A DNA stretch of 64,000 nucleotides from Octopus sinensis (taxonomy: Eukaryota), in the NCBI RefSeq assembly GCF_006345805.1, contig NC_043020.1, positions 21,638,001-21,702,000 of the forward strand, written 5' to 3'. This document shows, in pieces, positions 11,374-24,000 of this stretch; position 1 is the stretch's first letter; each line of letters begins with the position of its first letter. Under the pieces are notes generated by a model, which was not told the DNA's origin, ran no database searches, and worked only from the letters and a program-made list of their open reading frames with translations. Position numbers and translations under genes: made by a program.

Positions 11374-13221
11374 TTACTGATTTAACTTTCAACATCGCTG
11401 TACATTCAATGAGACATTTTATCGACACCAACGGTCCACCAGTGTTTGCTCATCCTCACCGTCTTCCTCCTGATAAACTCAAGGCTGCAAAAACAGAATT
11501 TGATCACATGCTTCTGCTGGGGCTTATTCGTCCTTCTATAGCTTCTGGTCTTCCCCTCTCCATTTAGTCCCCAAAGGAAAGACTGATGTCCAGTCAGTTG
11601 GTGATTATTGAAGATTAAATGCTATTACAACTTTGGACAAATATCCTAATCCACACCTGTAGGACTTTTCTTTTACCTTGCACAGTGGTACTGTTTTTTC
11701 TAAGATTGATCTCATCTGGGCATATCACCAGATTCCTTTAAATCCAAATGATATACTAAAGATTGCTGTTACTACACCTTTTGATTCATTTGAATTTCTT
11801 TCAATGCCTTTGGGGTTGTGGAATGCAGCTAGCACCTTTCAAAGGTTTATAGACAAGGTTATTCACAGTCTCAACTATACATATCGATTTAGTTGGGCTT
11901 TGGCCACCTAGCTACAGATTCACATACATTCTTACCTATATTGATTGGTTTTCATGTAGGCCTGAAGCCATCCCTCTTGTCAACAGTAGTGCTGGATCCA
12001 TGACACAAGCCCTCATCTCAGGTTGGATTTCCTGCTTTGGAGTTCCTTTACTTGTCACAACGGACCACAATTCAAGTCACTGTTGTTCAACCAACTTTCT
12101 GCTGTCCTGGGAGTTCGCCATATCTGTATAACCAGCTACCATCCAGCTTCGAACAGTATGGTCGCTTTCACAGGCAATTAAAAGCATCTCTCCATGCATA
12201 CCCTGATCCTCAATGGTAGTGTGAGTACCTGCCTTTCATTCTTTTAGGTTGTCACTCCTCCATGAAAGAGGATTTGGGATTTTCTGCTGCATTGTCTTTA
12301 CCTGGCCAAATACTGGCCCCTGTGGATATTTCAGCACAAGATCCAGCTACCTATGTTCATTGTCTGAAAACCTATTTCTCTGATTTTCCACTGATATCTT
12401 CTAGAGTAGTGTAGCAGTGCCATAAGGGCTAAAAGGAGTTATGCTCCCTCATTCTGTCATTAGTAGGGGGTGCTGTGTTGGAACTTCCACTAGAGAGGCA
12501 TAAAAATCCTACAAGGACAATGATCTTTCTCTTTTTCTGTCACTCTCACTGACTGCTGCTGTTCCAGCTAATATTGATAAATGGACCCACATTTTCCTCT
12601 GGGATGATTCTGTGAAGAGTCCTCTTACGCAATTCTGTAAGGGGCCTTATCGTGTCCTGGGAAAAACGTCAAAAATGTTTTCCATAGACATTAATGGATT
12701 TAAACAGACTGTTTCAATTGATAGGATGAAGCAAGCTTTTTCTGAAGCTCTCACTCCAGAACCAAATGTTCCCATCCACTTTCCATCTCCGATATCCACA
12801 GATACCACACTCATGCAAACACCACCATCACACAAGTATGTCTCTCCCGTTCCACCACCACATGTCACAACTACCTGGGTTGGGCGTCAGATACACTGAC
12901 CAAAAATATTGTGTAAGACTATGTATACTGTACCCTGACTTTTACACATCTTGGCATTTTCCATGCATTTTATTTGAACATTGTAGCACATTCCTGACAT
13001 TTTTCTTATGTGGCACATGCCGTGTCTTCAAACTTTTGGAACTGCTGCATTAATTTTTGCATGTTTTATTTTCTCTTTTCACTGATAGAACTGTTTATTT
13101 TTCCTTTTTCTTCCATTTTGTGCATGCCTTTCCTGATATTTTCACTCCCTCTGTTTTGTTCCCTAGTTTGGCCTTTTACTATGGCATACCTATTTTCAGC
13201 TTACAGCCATGGGGGGAGTAG

Positions 13222-13653
13222 TGTTGCAGTGCCTGCCATGATGGCTAAAAGGAACAGGGCAGAATTATGCTCTCTCATTCTGTCGTCAGTAGGTGGTGCT
13301 GTGTTGGAACTTCCACTAGGGAGGCATAAAAACCCTATAGGGACAATGATCTTTTTCTTTTTCTGCCACTCGCACTCATGAGCAGTTTGACTTGTCAACT
13401 GACACAGCCACCAAGGACTGCTAGCTCACTTCGCCTTTGGCTACCACATTATGTAGTAGATGCATTTCCTACTCTCTTCTGTTTCAGTGTCAATCACATA
13501 AGATGTAACCACAGCTTTTATTTATTCACATTTGTATGAACACTGTTATAAAAACTTGTTGTTGAACTTAGACTTGATGTTGTTTGTCACACCAGTACAT
13601 GCACCTTAACACAAACAAGAACACAGGATTCGTATTTACTCTTTCCTAAAACA
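13222..13653 (+). repeat. 3' LTR of the CsRn1-like element
   Basis: TG...CA termini, preceded by PPT ggggggagtag (13211-13221). Confidence 0.88.
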
Positions 13654-14181
13654 TTTTACTTATGACAATCCAGTCTTTTTGTATATCATGGACTCCATTA
13701 TCAAAATTATCCTTCTTTATTATTAACAGTGGCTTGTTGTGATCTAAAGGGGAGATTTGGCTATTATTTCTAGTAAGTCATTGGCTTACATAAAGGCCTC
13801 CTCATTGGTCCATGTAGAAACTTCTCAAATGAATCAGTAAGATTTAAGTGTATCAGCCATCAACAGCGTAGCATCAGTACAGGGACAGGAATTATTGATA
13901 CTTCTGGTGAAGAGTCCAACAACAATCTAGTATTTCATTCAACCAGATGTGACATTGCCTTTCAACATCTTAATTAACAATAAACATTTAACATGTATCA
14001 GTAACCTATTATTCTTAATTTATAAATAAAAGTTCCTTGTACGATTTCAGTCTAGTACTAGAAAAATACTTCTAGGAATAAGACAGCTACTGATGGTCAG
14101 AGATTAACCTGACTGTGATATAATTTTTAATCTGAAAAGATTGGAAACAGCCCCCCAAAATTATACAAAAAGCCATGTTAC

Positions 14182-14289
14182 CATATTTTCTCCATTTAAC
14201 AATATCTTCTGTTCATATTCATTGTAGGCCTCTTGAATTCTTTTCTGGCATTGTTCTATACAATTGGAATTATTTTTTTGTTCAATATT
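14182..14289 (-). CDS. CCDC73: CCDC73-like exon (NIEQKNNSNCIEQCQKRIQEAYNEYEQKILLNGENM)
   Basis: Acceptor catttcag, donor ATG/gtaaca; 108 nt, phase 0-0, coiled-coil composition. Its 36 aa equal the spacing between the flanking CCDC73-like motifs. Confidence 0.72.
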
Positions 14290-14741
14290 CTGAAATGTAC
14301 AGGATCAAAGTGATTAGCTATTGTCAGACCAGTTCCATTTACTTATCTTCTTGTATTTTTCAAATGGACTTTCTATATTTGAGATCACTTACCTCTGTGG
14401 TAATACTAACATACCCGTGTCATCAAAAATGCAGACAGTTTTATCAATAATAGAAAATGGCACATCAACATAATGGGGGAAAACATTTATAAATGTCAGC
14501 CATCTACTAAATATATGTTCATATACAGAATTGAAGCACTTGAAGATTCAGATACAATGGTAAAGTCTCAGTTGAAAATATCACCATAATGTATGTGTGT
14601 GTATACACACACAAACACACATGTACATATATATGTACATATGAATACACACACACACACATATATATATATAATTGAAATTTACAGAAAAATAAAAGAC
14701 GAAGACAAGTGTATAAACAACAAGCAAGTGTATTAGTCTGA

Positions 14742-15656
14742 CAGGGTGTCCCAAAAAATTTGACATCATTTCATCACCATACAATGTAAATAATTTTCAA
14801 CCAAATTGTCTCAAATCTTAGCAGTATGTCTAGAATTCAATACATTTTAAAAATATGATCTTTCAGGGTTAGACATGTAATTTACTACAACAGAAAAAGC
14901 ATTTTGTGTATTGAGGTATGCCCAAACTCAGTCAAATGTGAATGTGCAACATGTATTTGTTAGAAGATTTCATAAACAAGTGCCAACAGGGAAGCAGATT
15001 TGGACATGGTATAAGAAGTTTCAAGAGGGAGGCTGTTTGTGTTGGAAAAAAGGATCTGAACAACCAGCAGTTTCAGAAGAGATGGTGAACAAACTTCAGG
15101 AAATGCTTAGTTGGAGTCCAAAGAAATCTGTGCAAAGAGCAAGTCTGGAAACCTGGATCCTCAAATCAACTGTATGGCATGCCATAAGAAAACACTTGTG
15201 GTTGACTCCCTACAAGTTCTAGCTTGTGCAGACTTTAAAGCCAGTTGACAAACAAAAGAGTAAAATGTTCTGTGAAGATATGCAAGAGAAACTTTGAAAC
15301 TTTGATATGCAAGATGACAACTTTGAAAACCGTCTTGCTTTCAGTGACAAGGACCACATTCCATATAAATGGTGAAGTGGACAAAATACTCACATTTGGG
15401 GGTGAAGAAAATCCACATGATACAGTTGAACATGAAAGGGATTCACCAAAAGTGAATGTGTTCTGTGCCATCTCAAAGAACAGTGAAAATTTTGGAACAT
15501 TATAAAATTATCATCTCACAGAATTTTTTGTTGGAAATCCGTAGAATAAAACTTGTTATGTTCAAAATTAAGCCTATTAAGTTTCATTTCTCTTGACTGT
15601 GTAGTCACTCTGATATGGACATCTCAAATGATGTCACAATTTTTTGGGACACCCTG
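14742..15656 (+). mobile_element. Internally deleted Tc1/mariner-superfamily DNA transposon
   Basis: TIRs cagggtgtcccaaaaaat...tgacatcattt at both ends, 3' TA. HTH region (14911-15222) and DDE start (HERDSPKVNVFCAIS); the C-terminal catalytic part is missing. Confidence 0.85.
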
Positions 15657-15675
15657 TATATATATATATATATAT

Positions 15676-15724
<49 letters not shown>

Positions 15725-15847
15725 ACTATTATGCAATTCATAATAGTGGTTTTTCTCTAATTTATATATATTATATTGCGAAATTTGGTTTAATACTAAA
15801 TTGAATTTTTCCCTGTAAGTTTGGAGTTATACTCCATATTATTATTA

Positions 15848-15897
<50 letters not shown>

Positions 15898-15927
15898 ATT
15901 ATTATTATTATATATATATATATATAT
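15657..15927. repeat. Compound microsatellite (TA)n(GA)n and (ATT)n(TA)n around a short AT-rich relic
   Basis: Direct reading; includes a 12-bp-arm hairpin accactattatg/cataatagtggt (15722-15750). Confidence 0.85.
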
Positions 15928-15946
15928 AAACAAACAGCGCACACGG

Positions 15947-16342
15947 GTGTGTAGGTTCTACCTGAGAGGTTCCTGCTGGCATGGAAAGCAAGGTGCAGGC
16001 TGCCGCTTTGCACATCGGGGACCCTGCCACAGAGACACGAGGCAGATGGACAAACCATCAACACAAGGAAAAAGGATGGACCACGCACCACCTGCCCCAA
16101 AGCGGAGGTACGCAGATGTTGTGCGTGCCACAAACCGCCAACATGATGTTGTCGAAAGGGCAGCTGCTGAGCAACAATCTTTTTTGTGCATGGCACAAAA
16201 GATTGTACAGCAGCTGACCTGGCTTCATCAAACCCAAGCCCGCAGGTGGGACTACCCGCTATATACCAGACCACCACAGCAAACAGACCCAGGATGGACA
16301 CCGCCGGCAACAACGTACACCTCACCTCGATGCTCCTACTGA
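15947..16342 (+). CDS. LINE ORF1 C-terminal part with CCCH zinc finger (5'-truncated)
   Basis: CRFYLRGSCWHGKQGAGCRFAH = C-x7-C-x8-C-x3-H; overlaps ORF2. Confidence 0.65.
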   Translation: MCRFYLRGSCWHGKQGAGCRFAHRGPCHRDTRQMDKPSTQGKRMDHAPPAPKRRYADVVRATNRQHDVVERAAAEQQSFLCMAQKIVQQLTWLHQTQARRWDYPLYTRPPQQTDPGWTPPATTYTSPRCSY

Positions 16343-19290
16343 ACATCAGAGGGCTGCAAACACTCAGTAACAGGACAAAAATCCCATTCCTGAGAGACTT
16401 TGTTGCATGCAATCAAGCCTTATGCATAGCACTCACGGAAACGCACCTGAAACCAGACATAGCAGATGCGGAATCACACATACCACAGTATGCTGTACTA
16501 CGGACCGACAGAAAAGAAAGGAGTCATGGAGGTGTTGCTATGTACATCCGTGAGGACCTCACACCCCAGGTCCTCTTGTCATACTCAAACTCGGTGTGTG
16601 ACATACTAATTGTACATATTAGGCAACTTGATGTAGTTGTGTGTGCTACATATCGCCCTCCAGATGCCCCAAGCCATGTGGGCAAGTTTGAAGACTGCCT
16701 TATAAAAATAGAAGAAGTTCTAACCACATTAGAACAACACATAAGTGTACTTCTTATGGGAGACTTCAATCTGCCCAATGTCAGATGGCCCGAGGGCCTT
16801 TCTCTCCCAGGAATGACAAGATGTGAACGAGGACAGGCGAGGTCCCTCCTGAACCTCATCAACACCCTGTACATGGAGCAGGTAATACTCCAACCAACCA
16901 GGGCAGGTAACACACTGGATCTCTGCTTCACAAATAATATGGATCTCATCCATAATGTGAAAGTGACACCGACACTACTCTCGGATCACAACATGATAGA
17001 GCTGACCATGTACGGGCCAAAAGAGAGCACGGACATGCAGCCTACAAGAAACCCTCAGAATCTTTCCAGCTTGAACTACCATAAGGCAAACTGGAAACAA
17101 ATTGAGAAAGAGATCCTCAAACAAAACTGGCCTAAATGTCTCTCCTCGCCAGACATCGACGTGAAACTTCAACAATTCATGTCTGTAATGCAAGCCATAT
17201 GCTACAAATGTGTCCCAGGGAGAAAGGCCACTGTACACAAGAACAAAATCCCCAGAGAGAGGAAAATTTTAATGAGACGGCGTACAAAATTTTCAAATCG
17301 CCTAAACAAACAGATTGAAAGCAGTGAAAAGTCTCGCCTAAAAATAAAACTGTTGGAAATCGAAAAATGTCTGCAACTCTCCCATGAAAAAGAAAGAGCA
17401 GACAAAGAAGCCTGGGCTATAGACAACATAAAATCTAACCCCAGAGCTTTCTACAGGTATGCCAAAGAAACAGCTACGGTGCACTGTAGAATAGGGCCAC
17501 TCCTCGAAAAGGATGGCACACTTACAGGAAAACCAATGAGGGTAAGTGAAATACTGAATGAGCAATTCAAGAGTGTTTTCACTCCACCCCTTGGGCATCT
17601 CCAAATCACCAATCCAACTGACTTTTTTACCACTGCAGATACAAAATCAGAGGCGGCGACGATAGATTACATCGATATAAAGGAAGACAATGTAATCAAG
17701 GCTATAGATGAAATGAAAACAGACTCAGCTACTGGCCCCGATGGATTCCCGGCAATCCTCCTAAAAGCATGTAAGAGAGTCCTAGCAAGACCACTGCAGT
17801 TCCTCTTTCAGAGCTTCCTTGCAGCTGGCAAACTTCCAAGAAAACTGAAGGAAGGTAAAATATGCCCCATTCATAAAGGAGGTAGCAGAGCGGAAGCCAA
17901 GAACTACAGACCTATCTCTCTGACTTCACACATCAGCAAGGTCATGGAACGAATAGTCAGAAGGAAGCTGAACACCTTCCTTGAAGGGAATGACTTGCTG
18001 CCCGACACCCAACATGGTTTCCGACCAGGGAGAAGCTGTTTAACTCAGCTCCTACAACACTATGACTGGGTGCTGAAACGGCTGCTCAACCACTCAAATG
18101 TGGAAGTGATATATCTCGACTTTGCAAAGGCCTTTGATAAAGTCGATCATGGAATGATATGTCACAAACTGCGTGATCTCAACATAGTTGGAAAACTGGG
18201 AGAATGGCTTCATGACTTTCTGAAAGATAGAAGTCAGGTGGTAGTAGCCAATGGGGCTACTTCCATTAACACGCAAATAGTGAGCGGTGTTCCGCAGGGC
18301 ACCGTTCTGGGACCACTACTGTTCATAATGGCCCTCTCAGACATGCCCTCAGCAACGCAGAGAGCCACGATCACAAGTTATGCAGATGATACAAAAGTTT
18401 CACAGGCAATACAGAACCCTGAGGACACTAAACACCTGCAATGTAAGCTGGACAAAATATACAAGTGGGCTGAAAAGAATAGCATGCAGTTCAATGCTGA
18501 AAAGTTTCAAGCTCTATACTATCAGCATGCAAAACTAAATGCAATACCCAATGAATACACTGGACCCGGAGGAATAGCAATCCCAGAGGCACAATCAGTG
18601 CGTGACCTAGGTATTTACATGAGTGATGACGCGACCTTTCGTGTACATGTTGCTAAATTGGCAATGAAATGTAGACGACTGGCCGGATGGATCCTCAGAA
18701 CCTTTAGAACAAGAGAACAGGAAACCATGATGGTCCTCTGGAGGACACTTGTCCTAAGCCACTTTGACTACTGCTCTCAGTTATGGTCACCATCCAGTGT
18801 CAAGTTGATCACAGAGCTCGAGGCGATCCAACGTAGCTACACGAAGAAGATAGCCTCTATGCAGAATGTAAGCTACTGGGAAAGACTCAAGAGATTAAAA
18901 CTATATTCCCTGGAGCGTAGGCGGGAAAGATATGCCATAATATACATCTGGAAGATCCTGGAGGGACATGTCCTAAACTTTGGCATCGAGAGTTACGCAA
19001 ATGCCAGAACTGGGCGCCACTGCGTGGTGCCTAGGACTCCAAACTTGCCATCAAGATGTAGGACAAGATTCTGTGATAGCCTGGGCTTCCGAGGCCCACA
19101 GCTCTTCAATATCCTCCCGAAGAACCTGAGAGACCTGATTGGGGTGGATGCAGATGTCTTTAAAATGAAGCTGGATCTCTTCCTGTCAGGTGTCCCAGAT
19201 GAACCAACTTCACGGCAGGAGGGGCAGATGAGGGCAGCTGCATCGAACTCTCTCATGCACCAAATGGCAGTTGCTAGAAAGCTTTCGTGA
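16294..19290 (+). CDS. Intact LINE ORF2: APE endonuclease + reverse transcriptase (998 aa from ATG 16294)
   Basis: LNIRGL, ALTETHL, YRPP, MGDFNLP, LDLCFTN, SDHNMI (APE); NYRPISLTS, QHGFRPGRSC, LDFAKAFDKVDH, GVPQGTVLGPLLF, YADD (RT); no stops. ATG in AGGATGG context; the frame is open from 16171. Confidence 0.93.
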   Translation: MDTAGNNVHLTSMLLLNIRGLQTLSNRTKIPFLRDFVACNQALCIALTETHLKPDIADAESHIPQYAVLRTDRKERSHGGVAMYIREDLTPQVLLSYSNSVCDILIVHIRQLDVVVCATYRPPDAPSHVGKFEDCLIKIEEVLTTLEQHISVLLMGDFNLPNVRWPEGLSLPGMTRCERGQARSLLNLINTLYMEQVILQPTRAGNTLDLCFTNNMDLIHNVKVTPTLLSDHNMIELTMYGPKESTDMQPTRNPQNLSSLNYHKANWKQIEKEILKQNWPKCLSSPDIDVKLQQFMSVMQAICYKCVPGRKATVHKNKIPRERKILMRRRTKFSNRLNKQIESSEKSRLKIKLLEIEKCLQLSHEKERADKEAWAIDNIKSNPRAFYRYAKETATVHCRIGPLLEKDGTLTGKPMRVSEILNEQFKSVFTPPLGHLQITNPTDFFTTADTKSEAATIDYIDIKEDNVIKAIDEMKTDSATGPDGFPAILLKACKRVLARPLQFLFQSFLAAGKLPRKLKEGKICPIHKGGSRAEAKNYRPISLTSHISKVMERIVRRKLNTFLEGNDLLPDTQHGFRPGRSCLTQLLQHYDWVLKRLLNHSNVEVIYLDFAKAFDKVDHGMICHKLRDLNIVGKLGEWLHDFLKDRSQVVVANGATSINTQIVSGVPQGTVLGPLLFIMALSDMPSATQRATITSYADDTKVSQAIQNPEDTKHLQCKLDKIYKWAEKNSMQFNAEKFQALYYQHAKLNAIPNEYTGPGGIAIPEAQSVRDLGIYMSDDATFRVHVAKLAMKCRRLAGWILRTFRTREQETMMVLWRTLVLSHFDYCSQLWSPSSVKLITELEAIQRSYTKKIASMQNVSYWERLKRLKLYSLERRRERYAIIYIWKILEGHVLNFGIESYANARTGRHCVVPRTPNLPSRCRTRFCDSLGFRGPQLFNILPKNLRDLIGVDADVFKMKLDLFLSGVPDEPTSRQEGQMRAAASNSLMHQMAVARKLS

Positions 19291-19719
19291 AGTGAAACCA
19301 AGTAGCAACACCAAATGGCGGTGCCCCAGCATGGCCACAGCTCATAAGCTGAAACTAGAATCAATCAATCAATCAATCAATCAATACTAGTACATAATCC
19401 ATCAATAAGGAAAAACCAATGCTATGTTTAGAATAACATTTCAATTTAATTCAACTATTGTTTGAGAAATACACAAAAGATATAATTTGATAATATATTT
19501 ACATATTCTTATTCATTATGATGTCTACTTGTTCCTGATCTGGTAAATTCTTTTTGATCAGCAAATTTCTTAAGATTCATTGGATCCCCAACTCTACTAA
19601 GAGCAACATGTAACTGGCCATGAGTAAAAACAGGTGCAAGCATGTAGATGCCTCACTTAGAAAGGCTTTGTCCTTGACTTTTGTTTATAGACATTGTGAA
19701 AGCAGGTCTCACTGGAAAT

Positions 19720-20761
<1,042 letters not shown>

Positions 20762-20769
<8 letters not shown>

Positions 20770-20936
20770 ATATTTCGGAATGGTCATATTGCCAGTTTAG
20801 CCAATAAAAACACACGCACTATATATTTGGTGTTATTTTGCTTCAGTGATATTTATTTTTTAATTTCACGAACACATACTGCGTGTGTTTTTATTGGCTA
20901 AACTGGCAATATGACCATTCCGAAATATAACAATAT
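20762..20936. repeat. Perfect inverted repeat, 57-bp arms, 61-nt spacer
   Basis: 20762-20818 is the exact reverse complement of 20880-20936. Confidence 0.9.
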
Positions 20937-21035
20937 CTGTTTCAACACACGACTTCACATAAAAAATCTTGCACAACAAATATTTAAACGTATATATATA
21001 TATATATATATGTAAATATACTTTATTGAAAAGCA

Positions 21036-24000
21036 TGGTCAGGTCACTTGAATGCTACTGGTACCATGAAGTCCAGTACAACCTGTTACATGGTCGGGTT
21101 GTCGGCGACTAAACTGGCAACCCCACCAGGCTTGCTTGGTGAGGCGGGTGTTTGTTGGACACCCTGCAGGACAAAAAATAAGACCTGTCAAAGGGCGGAA
21201 GAACTACAGTGTAGTTAACGGCCATCCGTGTGTGTGGAGTGCTTTGTGCATGTGTGTGTGTGAGTGTGCATTGTATGTATTGCCTTTTTTTTTCAACTCT
21301 GTATATGGTATATATATTGCATTTTAAACTCTGTGTGTGTATATAAAATGTACATATTGTATTGTCACTGTCCCTTGTCTCAGCCGAGGCACTGTAGTCC
21401 AGAAGAGGCGGAAGAACCATTTGGTCAACAGCTCAAATGGAATTTCATGATCATTGGGACCCCAGTTTGGTTAATGACCAAACAAAGACGTATGAACTAG
21501 TCTACTTGTCATCGTATATCAATGGGTGTGACTCCCTGATCTCGCCCTGCTGCCTTGTAGATAGACTTTTCAGTCAAAGGCTCTGGGTGGGGTCTCCTAA
21601 GCTAACCCCCTACTCCGGCCTAGGCAACCAGATAGTATACACCTACTGAAAACCATGGATCCTTTTCTCTCTTTCACCATGGTTTGGATGGCATGGGCAG
21701 AAGGGGCTCATCAGCCATGGTTGGCAACCCTCCTAGGAGAGGATAACTCCAACTTCAAACTTACGGCCCGAGGATCTCGCTGTCACCGTCCCAGCTTGCT
21801 AGGCCATGGCAGATGAACCTCGTGCTTAAAGGGTGGGGCCAGTTTGCACACACTGGTGGAAGATGTAACTGGAAGCTGTATTCTCAACCCTACATGTAGG
21901 TGGCTCAGGAGGCGATGACACCACTCGGCAGCATCCTGAGTGACCAGGCAGCCCTATTTAGGGAGAGCACAGCCTGCTCCACATTAAGAGGGGCGGTAGA
22001 AAAGGTTTGCCTAAACAAAGCTTGTCTCCTCTATACCCAGTTGGCTAGCCGAGGTCAACGGGCATCTTCAGAGTGGTCGAACAAACATGGAAACAAAACC
22101 AAAGAAAATAAACAGGAGTTGAAAGTTGCCTGCTGGAATGTCAGGACCATGCTTGACAAGGCTGACAGCAGCCGCCCGGAACGTCGTTCGGCTCTCATAG
22201 CTCATGAACTCTCCTGTCTCAACATTGACATAGCAGCTCTCAGCGAGGTCTGCTTCACTGACGAGGGCAGCCTCAAAGAACGCGGTGCTGGCTACACCCT
22301 CTTCTAGTCCGGAAAACCATCATCTGAAAAACGTGTCGGGTGAGGAATTCCATCATCTCCAAACTGGAAACGTTACCCACGAGCCACTCGGACGCATCAT
22401 ATCCATGCGCCTACCACTGGAGAGCTAACAACATCTCACACTCTTCAGTGTTTATGCTCCAACTCTACTGGCAGATCCTGCAGACAAAGACAGCTTCTAT
22501 TCTGATCTGCCCAGACTCTTGAACAACACCCCTGCAAACGACAAAGTCCTGATCCTTGGCGACTTCAACACAAGAGTTGGGAGGGACTCTGAGGCTTGGA
22601 AAGGAGTCCTTGGAAGACACGGCATTGGTGGCTGTAATGACAACGGGCACCTCCTGCTTGAGTTCTGCACAGAGCACCAACTTGGATGCATCCCCGGTCC
22701 AAACATTGGCATCTACTTGACTATGTGCTTGTGTGCCAGCGGGACCTGAAAGACATTCTACACACAAGAGTGATGCCCAGTTCGATGAAAATGACAAGGA
22801 GATCCAGGAATTACTAGCAAGGAAGAGAGCAGCTCATCAGGCCCACCTTACACAACCAGCCTGTCCTGTAAAGAAAATTACCTTTTGACGCGCATGCAGC
22901 ACCCTACAGTGAAAACTCAGAGAAATGCAGAACGAGTGGTGGGACCACCTGGCGTGGAGAACCCAGCTGTGCGCTGACCTCAGAGACTATAGAGGCTTCT
23001 ATGAGGCTCTGAAAGCAGTGTGTAGCCCCACCAACCTGGTCCAGAGTCCCCTGCGCAGTTCAGATGGACAGGACCTCCTCACCAATAACACCTCCATCCT
23101 CGCTTGCTGGTCCGAGCACTTCCAAAGCCTCTGCAGTGCAAACCGTACCGTACAGGATGCTGCCATCCTTCGCATTCCTCAACTTCCACTCAAAGAGGAG
23201 CTCAACGAACCACCCACCCTCGAAGAAACGATTGAAGCCATAGGACAACTCAAGAGTCACAAAGCAGCAGGGGTTGACAGCATCCTACCAGAAATCTGGA
23301 AGAATGGAGGTCTGATGCTCCATGACAAGCTCTATGATTTTCTTGTCTGCTGCTGGGAGCAGAGCAAGCTGCCACAGGATCTTCGCAACGCCGTCATCAT
23401 AACCCTGGATGAAAAGTCTGACTGCTCCAACTACCGGGGAATCACCCTATTTTCCATCACCAGCAAAGTACTTGCCAGGATCCTGCTCAATAGGCTAGTA
23501 CCAACCATCGCTGAAGAAAATCTCCCCGAGAGCCAGTGTGGCTTCAGAGCCAACAGAGGCACAACGGATATGGTGTTAGTCCTCCGCCAACTCCAGGAGA
23601 AGTACCAAGAACAAAACAGGGGACTCTATGCTACTTTTGCCGACCTCACAAAAGCATTTGACACAGTGAGCAGGACAGGACTTGGCTGTTCCACCAAGTT
23701 TCTACAGATGGTGATCCAGTTGCATGAGAATTAGCATGGTCAGATCAGACTCAATGCTGACCTGTCGGAGCCCTTCCCCATCTCCAACGGCATGAATCAG
23801 GGTTGTATCTTGGCACCGACTCTTTTCAGCATGATGATCAAGCATGCAACTGAAGATATGGAGGATGAGGATGGGGTGTATGTTAGGTATCGTTTGGATG
23901 GCAGTCTCTTCAATCTACGGTGCCTCCAAGCCCACACCAAGACCCAGAAGAGGATGATCCGAGACCTTCTCTTTGCAGACGATGCTGTCCTTGTCGCCCA

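Larger units (their letters stand above)
7120..13653 (+). mobile_element. Decayed Gypsy LTR retrotransposon, CsRn1-like clade, interrupted by a PLE
   Basis: Paired LTRs, tRNA-Trp-like PBS, CHCC gag motif (CWYH-x9-C-x3-C across a frameshift, ~8370-8420), protease FYVDTGASCS (~8525), RT (11400-11890), integrase (11890-12900), PPT. RNase H appears deleted. Confidence 0.88.
15928..19385 (+). mobile_element. Young 5'-truncated CR1/L2-group LINE with (AATC)n tail
   Basis: ORF1 3' part, intact ORF2, short 3' UTR with stem-loop, (AATC)n tail at ~19359-19385. Confidence 0.9.

Noticed and set aside
15771-16412. 213-aa minus-strand ORF
   Set aside because: Antisense shadow of LINE ORF1/ORF2 running into an (AAT)n tract.
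21036-21900. HDV-like ribozyme in the RTE 5' UTR, as known for some RTE elements
   Set aside because: I could not assemble a convincing nested double pseudoknot by eye; this needs a descriptor search.
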